Notes: a model not told the origin generated them from the sequence alone. A DNA stretch of 64,000 nt from Actinomycetota bacterium (GCA_046727655.1 JBKPDB010000043.1:111-64110); one strand, 5' to 3'; numbered from the stretch's first letter, positions 28,801-37,356 are shown. Numbers and translations are program-made.

Positions 28801-29495
28801 GCTCGTCGGCGGAGGGGCCGACCTGTCCGCGCTGCGGCGTTCCGCACGACTCCGACCAGGAGTACTGTCTCGAGTGCGGCTATCGCCTCCGCGGGCCGGC
28901 CGGGGGCCGCGGCGCGCTAGCTGCGGGCTGGCCTAGCCGGTTCGGGCGCTATCCCGGCGATTGGGTGTGGCCGGTCCTGCTCGCGCTCCTCGTCGCGGTT
29001 GCCGGAGCGGTCGCGGCGATCGTCCTCACCGACGCGGGCGCCGGGAACGAGCCCATGGTGGCGACACAGGGCGGTCCGCCCCACTTGCCGACGACGTCGC
29101 CGGTGACGACGACCGTGGCGCTGCCGAACGTCCCCGCCGGCACTCCCACGGGGCCCCCGGAGACGCCGACCGAGCCGCCCCCGGCGACGAAGACGCCCGC
29201 AGCGGCAGGCGCTCTGACGAGCTGGCCCGCAGGCCGCAACGGGTTCACGGTGATCCTGGAGTCGGTTCCGCGGAGCTCGGGACGGTCGTTGGCGGTGGCG
29301 AGGGCGCGCGAGGCCTCGCGTGCCGGCCTATCGCAGGTGGGGGTGCTGGACTCGGGCGAGTACTCGAGCCTCCATCCCGGCTACTACGTGGTCTTCAGCG
29401 GGGTCTACTCCTCGCAGTCCGAGGCCGAGGGGGCGCGGGAGACGGCCTCCGGGAAGGGATTCCAGAGCGCCTACACCAAGGCGATCACGCGTTGA
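28797..29495 (+). CDS. Zinc-ribbon / TM / SPOR-domain protein (peptidoglycan-binding)
   Basis: GTG 28797 overlaps the upstream stop (GTGA). N-terminal CPRCG....EYCLECG ribbon, TM (WVWPVLLALLVAVAGAVAAIVL) and a Pro/Thr linker. C-terminal GFTVILESV....A.ARAREASRAGL..VGVLDSGEYSSLHPGYYVVFSGVYSSQSEA resembles a SPOR domain. Confidence 0.6.
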   Translation: MSSSAEGPTCPRCGVPHDSDQEYCLECGYRLRGPAGGRGALAAGWPSRFGRYPGDWVWPVLLALLVAVAGAVAAIVLTDAGAGNEPMVATQGGPPHLPTTSPVTTTVALPNVPAGTPTGPPETPTEPPPATKTPAAAGALTSWPAGRNGFTVILESVPRSSGRSLAVARAREASRAGLSQVGVLDSGEYSSLHPGYYVVFSGVYSSQSEAEGARETASGKGFQSAYTKAITR

Positions 29496-29622
29496 TCGTT
29501 CTCAACCATGGCAACGAAGGCACTGACTTTGTAACACCGCCTCGGACCCTATAGACTCCGCCTGCGGGCCAAGCCGAGCCACCACGGTTTACCGCCGCTT
29601 AACAAAGCTTTGCTGGGGATTA

Positions 29623-30093
29623 ATGGGAGCTAGAGATACTGTGACCGAGGAGTACGCCGCGCGTCTCCAGGCTTGTATGTATCAATACTCCCGAGCCATC
29701 TATCGGTCGATTAAGGATCTGATCGACCCGTACGTGGCTTCCGAGCTCCACCTCGAGTATCGCCGTGCGGTGCTCGAGCAGTGCGAGCTCACGATGGAGC
29801 GGCTCGCGCGCGATCCCCTCTACTTTGCGAAGCCCGATCGGGCCCTTTTCCAGGACATCCGGCGCTACTTCCCGATCACCGCGCAGGCCGAGGTGGCGTG
29901 GGCGGTGAAAGAGGGCATTGCCGCCGCGGTCGCGTTCATCGAGGAGCAGATCGAGGCCGGCGCGCTCGACGGCGGCGTGGCCCGCTGCCGGGCGACGACG
30001 CGGAAGGGGAAGCCGTGCCAGCGGACGCCGCTCCCCGAGCGCGACTACTGCCCGTCCCACCAGCACCTCGAGCGCTCGAAGGTCGCGGCCTAG
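29623..30093 (+). CDS. Hypothetical protein with C-terminal C-X9-C-X10-C-X2-H motif
   Basis: 156 aa. The first ~35 codons have noticeably lower GC3 than neighbouring genes. C-terminus is CRATTRKGKPCQRTPLPERDYCPSHQH. No family recognised. Confidence 0.45.
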   Translation: MGARDTVTEEYAARLQACMYQYSRAIYRSIKDLIDPYVASELHLEYRRAVLEQCELTMERLARDPLYFAKPDRALFQDIRRYFPITAQAEVAWAVKEGIAAAVAFIEEQIEAGALDGGVARCRATTRKGKPCQRTPLPERDYCPSHQHLERSKVAA

Positions 30094-30167
30094 CCGCAAC
30101 GGGCCGCCCACCCGCCAGCCAGGTCTCCGCTAGCCATGTCCCTTCCGGGCCCGGCCCCGCACGCCAG

Positions 30168-30188
30168 GTCGGGTGCCTGGCACGTGAC
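30168..30188. repeat. REP-like palindrome copy c: GTCGGGTGCCTGGCACGTGAC
   Basis: 75 nt 3' of the stop at 30093 and 74 nt 5' of the RAYT ATG (30262). Shares the core and 3' flank with copy b. Confidence 0.75.
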
Positions 30189-30261
30189 CGGTCCGCACGA
30201 GTCCTGTAACGGAACACGTCACCGCGTTCCGCCCGAGCCTTCGCCCCGCTACGTTCGCGTA

Positions 30262-30712
30262 ATGGGCCGCCCCCGCCGCTACCTTGCGCCCGGCGCGATC
30301 TACCACGTCACGACACGCGGGAACAACAAGCTCCCGATCGTCCTGGACGACTGGGACCGGGTCGTCTGGGCCCACATCCTCAGGCGCGTCGAACGCCGTT
30401 ACGGCTGGCGGATCCACATCCGCTGCCTGATGGGAAACCACTACCACTTCATCGTCGAGACGCCGGCGCCGAACCTCTCCGACGGCATGCGCGACCTGAA
30501 TGGCGCCTACGCGCGGGCCTTCAACGAGCGCCACCGGCGCTGCGATCACGTGTTCGGACGCCGCTTCCACTCCGTGCTGATCGAGTCGGAGGAGCAGTAC
30601 GCGAACACCTACGAGTACGTCCTCAACAACCCGGTTCATCACGGGTTCGTGCGGCGCTCAGAGGACTGGCGCTGGACGTCGACGGCCACGGCCCGTCCGA
30701 TAGATTCGCCAC
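30262..30712 (+). mobile_element. IS200/IS605-superfamily Y1 (HUH) transposase homolog, REP-associated tyrosine transposase (RAYT)-like; 3' end undefined
   Basis: ATG 30262: MGRPRRYLAPGAIYHVTTRGNNKLPIV...IRCLMGNHYHFIVETP (HUH = HYH)...NTYEYVLNNPVHHGFV..SEDWRWTS (catalytic-Tyr helix and W.W(S/T)S tail). The frame has no stop until 31657-31659. The end given here is only where pafBC starts. Confidence 0.7.
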
Positions 30713-32737
30713 GTGTCGCACGACACCGACAAGCTGATCCGTCAGCTGTCTCTCGTCGCCTACCTGATGGCGGAGCGGCGCGCCGTCACAGCTCGGGACG
30801 TCAAGTCGAACGTCGAGGGCTACTCGGAGATGTCGGACGAGGCATTCGCACGCCGCTTCTACTCGGACCGCGCGGAGCTGGTCGCACTCGGGGTCCCCCT
30901 CCAGTCTCAGCGCGACGAGTTCACGGGCGAGGAGCTGTACACGCTTCGCTCCGAGAACTACTTCCTGGAGAAGCTCGAGCTCGACGACGACGAGCTGGCG
31001 GCGCTGCAGACGGCCCTCTACCTGCTCGAAGGGAAGTTCGCGTACGCCGAGCCGCTCCGGCTCGCGCTCCAGAACCTCGCCCTCGGCCGCCCCGGCTTCG
31101 ACGAGCCCGCCACCGACACGGCGGTACGCGTAGAGGTCCTCGATCCCGACTACTCGCCGGAGATGCCCGGACGGCTCGGCAAGCTCGAGGGCGCGATCTC
31201 GAAGCAGCGCACGATCAAGTTCCCGTACTACTCGATCTCGCGCAACCGCCAGGGGGAGCGCACGGTCAACCCCTATGGGCTCCTCTCCGACAACGGGAGC
31301 TGGTACCTGATCGGACAGGACCTCGACCGCAAGGACATCCGCACGTTCCGCGTCTCCCGCATCCGCGGCGACATCCGCTTTGCGACACGCCGCGAGCGCG
31401 ATTTCCGGATCCCGGCCGACTTCGACATCGACGGCTACCGCGGACGGCCACCGTGGCAGATCGGAGACATCGTCGGCGAGGCCCGAGTCGAGCTCGCCGG
31501 CGACACGGCCTGGTGGGTCGATCGCGCCTACGGCAACGCCGGCCGTCTCGACGGCGACGTCTTCGTCACGGACTACTCGTCGGCCGCCCAGCTCGCCGCG
31601 TGGATCCTGCGCCAGGACGGACGGGCCATTCCGCTCGAGCCCGACGAGCTGCGCCGTGAAGTCGCCCAGGCACTGCGCACCGTTCGTGACCTGCACCGTG
31701 GGCCGGCCCCGACCCTGGCAGGCGAAGCGCCTGCCGTGCAGACCGATGGCGCGGGCGAGCGTCCCGCGGGCCCCGTCGTTCCCGAACGCTTCGCAGTCCT
31801 CCAGGCGCTGCTCGCCTACCTGCTCGCCGCCTGCGGCGAAGAGAACAGCGCGGTCATCCAGGCCTCCGAGCTCGTCGAGCGCTTCCACATTCCCAAGGAA
31901 GAGCTCGAGGAGCACCTCCAGCTCCTGAACCTCGTCAACTTCGGCGGCGGCTGCTACACGGTCTACGCGTCGCTCGACGGCGACACCGTCCACGTGGACA
32001 AGGAGCTCTACGGAGACACGTTTCGCCTCGCTCCGCGGCTCACCCCGCTCGAAGCGCGCGCGATTCGCCTCGCGCTGGAGTTCGTCGGGCCCATGATCGC
32101 CGCGGACGCGCACACGCCGCTCGACCGCGTGCGGAAGAAGCTCGAAGAGACGTTCGGGCAGTTCGAGCTGTCGCAGACACCGTCGCCGCCAGCCGGCGCA
32201 GGCGACGCGGAGGCGGACCTCGTCGCGACGCTCACCGAAGGCATCCGGGAGCGGCGCCTCGTGGAGATCGAGTACCAGAAGGAAGGCGAGCAGACCTGGT
32301 CGAAGCGCGTCGTCGAGCCCTACTCGCTCGAACGCGAGCTCCCGAACTGGCGAGTGCACACATGGGACCGGAGCAGAGACGCCGAGCGCAGCTTCCGACT
32401 CGACCGGATGCGGAGCGCGGCCCTGACGGCGGATCGCTTCGAGCCGCGACCGGGCTTCGAGCCGCGCGGCCTCCGGGATGCACGGACGGCCAAGGTCCTC
32501 TATCTCAAGGGAGTGGCCGCGCGGTGGGCGATCGAACGCGGAGCGACCCCGCTCAAGGACGGAACCGCAGTCGCGGAGATGCCGGTCGGAAGCCCGGAAT
32601 GGCTGACCAGCGAGATCCTCTCCCAGCGGGGCAGCGCGGTCCTGCTCGAGCCGGCCGAGATGCGTGAGACAGTGGCGGACCGTGCGCGCGAGCTCGCCGC
32701 GGAGCTCGGCGTCTCCCGCCTCCGCGCTCGCGCCTGA
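30713..32737 (+). CDS. pafBC: Fused PafB-PafC-type WYL-domain transcriptional regulator (HTH-WYL-WCX twice)
   Basis: 674 aa, GTG start. The first half starts KLIRQLSLVAYLMAERRAVTARDV (wHTH) and includes ...RTVNPYGLLSDNGSWYLIGQD (WYL). The second half starts RFAVLQALLAYLLA... and includes ...RVVEPYSLERELPNWRVHTWD (second WYL). Confidence 0.8.
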   Translation: MSHDTDKLIRQLSLVAYLMAERRAVTARDVKSNVEGYSEMSDEAFARRFYSDRAELVALGVPLQSQRDEFTGEELYTLRSENYFLEKLELDDDELAALQTALYLLEGKFAYAEPLRLALQNLALGRPGFDEPATDTAVRVEVLDPDYSPEMPGRLGKLEGAISKQRTIKFPYYSISRNRQGERTVNPYGLLSDNGSWYLIGQDLDRKDIRTFRVSRIRGDIRFATRRERDFRIPADFDIDGYRGRPPWQIGDIVGEARVELAGDTAWWVDRAYGNAGRLDGDVFVTDYSSAAQLAAWILRQDGRAIPLEPDELRREVAQALRTVRDLHRGPAPTLAGEAPAVQTDGAGERPAGPVVPERFAVLQALLAYLLAACGEENSAVIQASELVERFHIPKEELEEHLQLLNLVNFGGGCYTVYASLDGDTVHVDKELYGDTFRLAPRLTPLEARAIRLALEFVGPMIAADAHTPLDRVRKKLEETFGQFELSQTPSPPAGAGDAEADLVATLTEGIRERRLVEIEYQKEGEQTWSKRVVEPYSLERELPNWRVHTWDRSRDAERSFRLDRMRSAALTADRFEPRPGFEPRGLRDARTAKVLYLKGVAARWAIERGATPLKDGTAVAEMPVGSPEWLTSEILSQRGSAVLLEPAEMRETVADRARELAAELGVSRLRARA

Positions 32738-32738
32738 G

Positions 32739-33673
32739 CTACTCGCCGACCGGCAGCTCCACCGTGAACGTCGAGCCCTCGTCCGGCTGCGACTCGACGT
32801 CGAGCCATCCGTCGTGCGCCTCGACGATCGAGCGGGCGATGAAGCCCGAGGCCGGTGCCGGGCGAACTTCTCGAAGATCAGGCTCTGGACCTGGCGAAGC
32901 CGCTCACGGTCGCCGCACCACATGCGGCAGCGTCCCGCTCACCTCGGTCCGGACGCGCACCTCGCCCTGAGCCAGGTCCGCCGCGGCTGGCGACGTCGCG
33001 CAGGCGCTGTGCCAGGTCGACGTCCCGGACGAAGGTGAACGTGCCGGCTTCGATGCGCGACGTGTGGAGCACGTCGGCGACGAGGCTTGGGAGCCGTGAC
33101 GTCTCGTCCTCGGCTTCGTGCGCGCGGATGTTCTGAGCCGCCGTCGCAACCAGGCGGCCGAGCAGCGCCACGAGCTCGACCTCCTCCGGAGCGAACGCGA
33201 ACGCCTGACTGACGTCGAGCGACGACGCGAGCGTTCGCGCGCAACGATTCGGCCGCCTCGAGCGCGTCGACCGCCGGCCGAGCTGGTCGCGCAGCGCCTC
33301 GGCTTCGTCCGCGCGCGCATCCGCCCGACCCGCCTCGCGCGTCGGCTGGTTCGTCAACCAGCCGACGATCAAACCCGACACCGCCAGCACGCCGAACGGC
33401 AACGTGACGCGATTCCACATGAAGCCGGGCCCGGCGAAGTGATCGAGCCGCCACCACTCGACGAAGACGAGGATCGGGAACAGGCCGGCACTGATGACGA
33501 TCACGCCGCCGATGCCGTAGACGAGGGCGGCCTCGAGTCTCGTAACCGCTCGGGTAGTCGTCGTGCCTGAACCCCACCTCGGCCACCGCCAACAGCACGA
33601 CGACGAGCCGCACGCGCGCGATCCAGAGCCCGGCCTCCTCTACGTGCGTTCGACGCGCCTCACGGGTCGGCAT
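32739..33673 (-). pseudogene. Decayed membrane GAF/sensor histidine kinase (multiple frameshifts and deletions)
   Basis: Recognisable pieces lie in different frames. They are an N-terminal TM piece (MPTREARRTHVEEAGLWIARVRLVVVLLAVAEVGF), a second TM piece (LEAALVYGIGGVIVISAGLFPILVFVEWW) and a GAF-end-like piece (FAPEEVELVALLGRLVATAAQNIRAHEAE). A HisKA tail (LVADVLHTSRIEAGTFTFVRDVDL) follows. Finally IFEKFAR, GTGLGL and FIARSIVEAHDGWLDVESQPDEGSTFTVELPVGE-stop sit in three different frames within about 60 nt. Confidence 0.6.
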
Positions 33674-34670
33674 GACGTTCCTCGATTCGGGCTACGGTCC
33701 ATTCCGCCTGCTTACGCAAGAGCTCGTCTTCGTCCTCTAGGAAGGGCTCCGCGAGCGCTGCATCGTCAGGCGTGCCCGTGTTCCCGAGCGCGATCAGGGC
33801 GTTACGGCGGAGGTAGCGAGGATCGTTCCTCGGAACGAAGAGCCGCTCGAAGTGCTTGCGGAGCGCCGGGCCGTCGCCCGCGAGCCAGTCCGCCAGAGAA
33901 ACGTGCGGCGTCGCGTCTGCGGGCAGCGAATCACCGGCCCGCCGCTTCTCGATACCGCGGTTCCACGGGCAGACGTCCTGGCAGATGTCACATCCGTAGA
34001 CCTGAGCTCCGAGCTCGGCCCTGTACTCCTCCGGGACGGCGGCCGGCGCCTGCGTCCAATACGACAGGCATTTGGTCGAATCGACGACGCCGGGCTCGTC
34101 GAGCGCGCCCGTGGGGCAGGCCTCGATGCACAACGTGCACGAACCGCAGTCGAGCTCGAGCGGCGCTGACGACTCGACCTCCGCCGTCGTCACGAGCGTT
34201 CCGAGCACGACCCACGAGCCATGGCGTCGCGTGATCAGCATCGTGTTCTTGCCGTAGAAGCCGACGCCGGAACGCACCGCGGCCTCGCGGTCGACGTGCT
34301 GGTTCGCGTCGACGAGGACTCGGTACTCGCCGCCGAGGCGCCTGCCGAGCTCGTCGAGCCGAGCGCGCAGCACCGCGTAGGCATCGGACCACGTGTAACG
34401 CGCGAGGCGTCCTTCGCCTGGCCGCACGAGCGGCTCGGGCGCGTAGTAGCAATGCGCCGCCGAGACGACCGTGCGCGCGTTCGGGATGAGCGTCTCGGGG
34501 TGGCACGAGACTTCGGGCTGCGCCATCGTGAAGCGCATATCGGCGAAGAGGCCGCGCGCCTTCCGTTCGCGGATGTGACGTTCCGTATCGGTGTACGCCG
34601 ATGCGGGAGCCGCGCCCACAACGTCCAGCTCGAGCTCCCGGGCGAGCGCCTCTAGCTCGGTCGTTGTCAT
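33660..34670 (-). CDS. queG: tRNA epoxyqueuosine(34) reductase QueG
   Basis: ATG 34670 (MTTTELEALARELELDVVG...). Two 4Fe-4S motifs, CGSCTLCIEACPTGAL and CDICQDVCPWN, and C-terminal HEAT-like repeats (RRNALIALGN). Confidence 0.88.
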   Translation of the reverse strand: MTTTELEALARELELDVVGAAPASAYTDTERHIRERKARGLFADMRFTMAQPEVSCHPETLIPNARTVVSAAHCYYAPEPLVRPGEGRLARYTWSDAYAVLRARLDELGRRLGGEYRVLVDANQHVDREAAVRSGVGFYGKNTMLITRRHGSWVVLGTLVTTAEVESSAPLELDCGSCTLCIEACPTGALDEPGVVDSTKCLSYWTQAPAAVPEEYRAELGAQVYGCDICQDVCPWNRGIEKRRAGDSLPADATPHVSLADWLAGDGPALRKHFERLFVPRNDPRYLRRNALIALGNTGTPDDAALAEPFLEDEDELLRKQAEWTVARIEERHADP

Positions 34671-34773
34671 GTCGAGGATTGTGCCCGTGAAAGCCGTGCG
34701 CATCCTGAGGACGGCGGTCCGGAGGTGCTTCGCTACGAGGATGCGCCCGACCTGGAGCCGGGCTCGAAGAGAT

Positions 34774-35055
34774 TCAGTACGCCGGGCGCCGCCTCCCGTA
34801 TGCCCCGGCGCCGTGCGAAGCAAAGTCGCCGAACAGCGCCAGGATGACGAAGATCCACTCCCAGCCCGTGACTCCGCGCCCGCCCGTGTTCCAGAGGATG
34901 ACGTAGAGCAGTGTCGTCAACGGGAGAAAGATGATGCCGAGAATCGGCCAGATGATCGGCCCGAAAGCGCGATCGACCCACGGCGTGAAGATCCACATCA
35001 GCAACACCGCCAATCGAGGCGAAAGTGCTGCGATCAGCACGAAGATACATCCCAC
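34774..35055 (-). CDS. Small integral membrane protein (3 TM), hypothetical
   Basis: 93 aa, strongly hydrophobic (MGCIFVLIAALSPRLAVLLMWIFTPW...IIWPILGIIFLPLTTLLYVILW...WEWIFVILALFGDF). Confidence 0.5.
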   Translation of the reverse strand: MGCIFVLIAALSPRLAVLLMWIFTPWVDRAFGPIIWPILGIIFLPLTTLLYVILWNTGGRGVTGWEWIFVILALFGDFASHGAGAYGRRRPAY

Positions 35056-35132
35056 CTCGGTGCCCCTCTCTGCGCACGCCGGCAGTCGAGCGGCGACGAG
35101 CCTCTCACATTACGGCTTGCTGTGCGTCGGGA

Positions 35133-35432
35133 CTAGCCGATACCGAGAATGAACTTTGCGTCGTCCGACATCCGCTCAGGGGTCCACGGTGGATCCCACG
35201 TGAGCTCGACATCCACGTCCTCGACACCCGGGATCTCGCGCGCGACGCGGTTGATGTCATCCTGGATCATCGGCCCCGCGGGACAGCCCATGGACGTGAG
35301 GCTGTGCGTCACCTTGACGCGGGGTCCTTCAACCTCGACGTCGTAGAGCAGGCCGAGCTCGACGATGTCCATCCCGAGCTCCGGGTCCTCGACCTGGCGG
35401 AGCGCTTCGAAAACGTCGTCCTTCGTCGGCAT
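35133..35432 (-). CDS. Metal-sulfur cluster assembly factor (DUF59 / SufT-like)
   Basis: 99 aa: V.EALRQVEDPELGMDIVELGLLYDV...V.V..SLTSMGCPAGP.I..D: classic DUF59 pattern with the conserved Cys. Confidence 0.8.
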   Translation of the reverse strand: MPTKDDVFEALRQVEDPELGMDIVELGLLYDVEVEGPRVKVTHSLTSMGCPAGPMIQDDINRVAREIPGVEDVDVELTWDPPWTPERMSDDAKFILGIG

Positions 35433-35459
35433 CGACTCGAGTCTAGCGACGCCCTTGGC

Positions 35460-36311
35460 TCAGTCGTTGGCCGCGGCGGCACCGGCCGCGGACAGCCGGA
35501 ACTTCGAATCGACCACGACCTTTCGGCGTGCAGGCTTCGTCGTGAGAGCAACAACTCGCCACCGGTAGCGTCCTGCTGCGAACCGGAAGCGGTTCGGGAG
35601 CACGTATCGCGGCTTGGCCGTCCGCGCTGCGATCACTCGCTTGCCGTTTCGCCGCAGCGTGAACACGTACCGGCGTGCGCGGGACTGCGGCTCCCAGCTC
35701 CACGTTCGCGCGGGAACGAAACCCGTCACGGCGGGTCGCCCTGGACTGCGCGGCCGTGTCGGCTTTTTCGCCGCCTTTTTCGCCGGCTTCTTCGCAGGCG
35801 CCGTCTTCGGCGTCGTGCTCGCCTTTGGCTGCGCTTCCTGTTTGGACTGCGGGCGACTCGTTGATCGACCGCTCTCCTGCGGCTTTTTCGCGACTGTCGT
35901 GACGGGCGTCTTCGACGGGACGGTTGCACTGTGACGGCGCACGGGCGTGCCCTTGCGTTGCGCAGTGCTCTCACTCCCGTTGTCGCGCAAGCCGGCGAGG
36001 CCGATGGCTACGGCGGAGCCGACGACGAGCAGCAACACGCCGACGAGCAACGTCCTCCGAACCCAACGTCGCCGGCGTGGTGCCGGGCGCGGCGGACTGT
36101 CGGACGGCCGCGGCGGCGGGCCGACTCGGCCGTTGGAGACCCGCCGATCCCGTTGGGTGGCCGGGGCCTCCGGCAGCTGTTCTCGCGCGCGTTTTGCCTC
36201 GTCCGGAGGCGCCACGAGCACGAGCTCCGGGCTGACGGGGTCCGGCACAGAAGACGTGCCCCAGCTCGCCTTCCCCGCAGTGGAACGATCGCCGCGCAGA
36301 TCGCTCGGCAT
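35460..36311 (-). CDS. Hypothetical membrane-anchored Pro/Lys-rich protein with C-terminal beta-rich domain
   Basis: 283 aa. TM (TLLVGVLLLLVVGSAVAIGLAGL), a low-complexity K/P/A/T linker, and a C-terminal ~90 aa domain (RYVFTLRRNGKRVIAARTAKPRYVLP...GRYRWRVVAL). Confidence 0.4.
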   Translation of the reverse strand: MPSDLRGDRSTAGKASWGTSSVPDPVSPELVLVAPPDEAKRAREQLPEAPATQRDRRVSNGRVGPPPRPSDSPPRPAPRRRRWVRRTLLVGVLLLVVGSAVAIGLAGLRDNGSESTAQRKGTPVRRHSATVPSKTPVTTVAKKPQESGRSTSRPQSKQEAQPKASTTPKTAPAKKPAKKAAKKPTRPRSPGRPAVTGFVPARTWSWEPQSRARRYVFTLRRNGKRVIAARTAKPRYVLPNRFRFAAGRYRWRVVALTTKPARRKVVVDSKFRLSAAGAAAAND

Positions 36312-36339
36312 CGCGGAAGCCTACCCGCCTGCGCGGTCG

Positions 36340-37356
36340 CTAATAGCCGAGCAGGCGCACCTCTTCACGCCGGTCGCGAGCGAAGAAGTGGATGCCGTCC
36401 GTGAAGCGGACCCAATTGCAGCGCGTGCACATGACGAGGGAATGCGTGCGCGCCGAATCCGCGAGGAAGCGAACGCCGCGAAGCAGGTCGCCGTTCGACA
36501 CGCCCGTCGCAGCAACGATGACTTCCCCCGGCGCGAGCTCTTCGGTCGTGAAGACACGCGTCGCGTCGTCTATGCCCACCTCGCGCGCCTGCTCGATCTC
36601 GAGTCGCGACGTCGGCCAGAGCTGCGCCTGAACCTCGCCGCCGAGACAGCGGAGCGCAGCGGCGGACATGATGGCCTGGCGCGTGCCGCCGATGCCGACG
36701 GCGAGGTGGTCGTTCGTCCCGCGAATCGCGGCCGAGATCGACGCCGTGACCGTGCCGTCCTGGATCAGCTTGATGCGCGCACCCGAGGCGCGGATGTCCT
36801 CGATCAGATCGTGGTGACGCGGCCGGTCGAGCACGATAGTGGTGATGTCGTTCGTCCGGCGGCCGAATGCGTCCGCGATCGCCTGGACGTTCTCCCCCAT
36901 CGGCTTCAACAGGTCGATCGAGCCGCGCGCGAGCGGGCCGACGGCCATCTTCCGCATGTACATGTCCGGCAGGTTCAACAACGAGCCCGGCTCCCCGACC
37001 GCGATCATCGACATCGCGCCGTTGCCGCCGCGTGCGACGACGCCGCGGCCCTCGAGCGGGTCGAGCGCGAGGTCGACCGACTCGCCGCCGGCGCCGACCT
37101 CGTCGCCGACGCGCAGAGGCGACTCCTCTTCGGCCGCCCCGATCACGATCCGTCCCTGAATCGGGAAGTCCTTCAGCGCGGTCCTCATCGCCTGCGCCGC
37201 GTCGAGCTCCGCCGCCTCCTGGTCGGCGCGGCCGAGCCAGCGCGCGGCCCGCAGCGCCGCGCCGTCGGTCACACGCACGTACTGCTCGCAGAGACAGAGG
37301 CTCGGCCGACCGGTGTCGTCTCGTGCTGCCGCCGTCTCCTCGGCCGTCTCCGCCAC
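36340..37356 (-). CDS. glpX: Class II fructose-1,6-bisphosphatase (GlpX)
   Basis: GTG 37356 shares one nt with the stop of the upstream gene (TAGTG). DLALDPLEG......G..GAMS.IA........L...PD.YM.K.AVGP...G.IDL...NV..IA.A.G....D.T...LDRPRH..LI..IR..GARI.LI.DG: GlpX signature. Confidence 0.9.
   Translation of the reverse strand: MAETAEETAAARDDTGRPSLCLCEQYVRVTDGAALRAARWLGRADQEAAELDAAQAMRTALKDFPIQGRIVIGAAEEESPLRVGDEVGAGGESVDLALDPLEGRGVVARGGNGAMSMIAVGEPGSLLNLPDMYMRKMAVGPLARGSIDLLKPMGENVQAIADAFGRRTNDITTIVLDRPRHHDLIEDIRASGARIKLIQDGTVTASISAAIRGTNDHLAVGIGGTRQAIMSAAALRCLGGEVQAQLWPTSRLEIEQAREVGIDDATRVFTTEELAPGEVIVAATGVSNGDLLRGVRFLADSARTHSLVMCTRCNWVRFTDGIHFFARDRREEVRLLGY

Noticed and set aside
30623-32923. 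766-aa minus-strand ORF opposite pafBC
   Set aside because: It is antisense to the well-supported pafBC gene and compositionally junk (R/E/D/G/A/L runs). Only its first ~60 codons (32740-32923) carry real signal, and that belongs to the histidine-kinase remnant reported separately.
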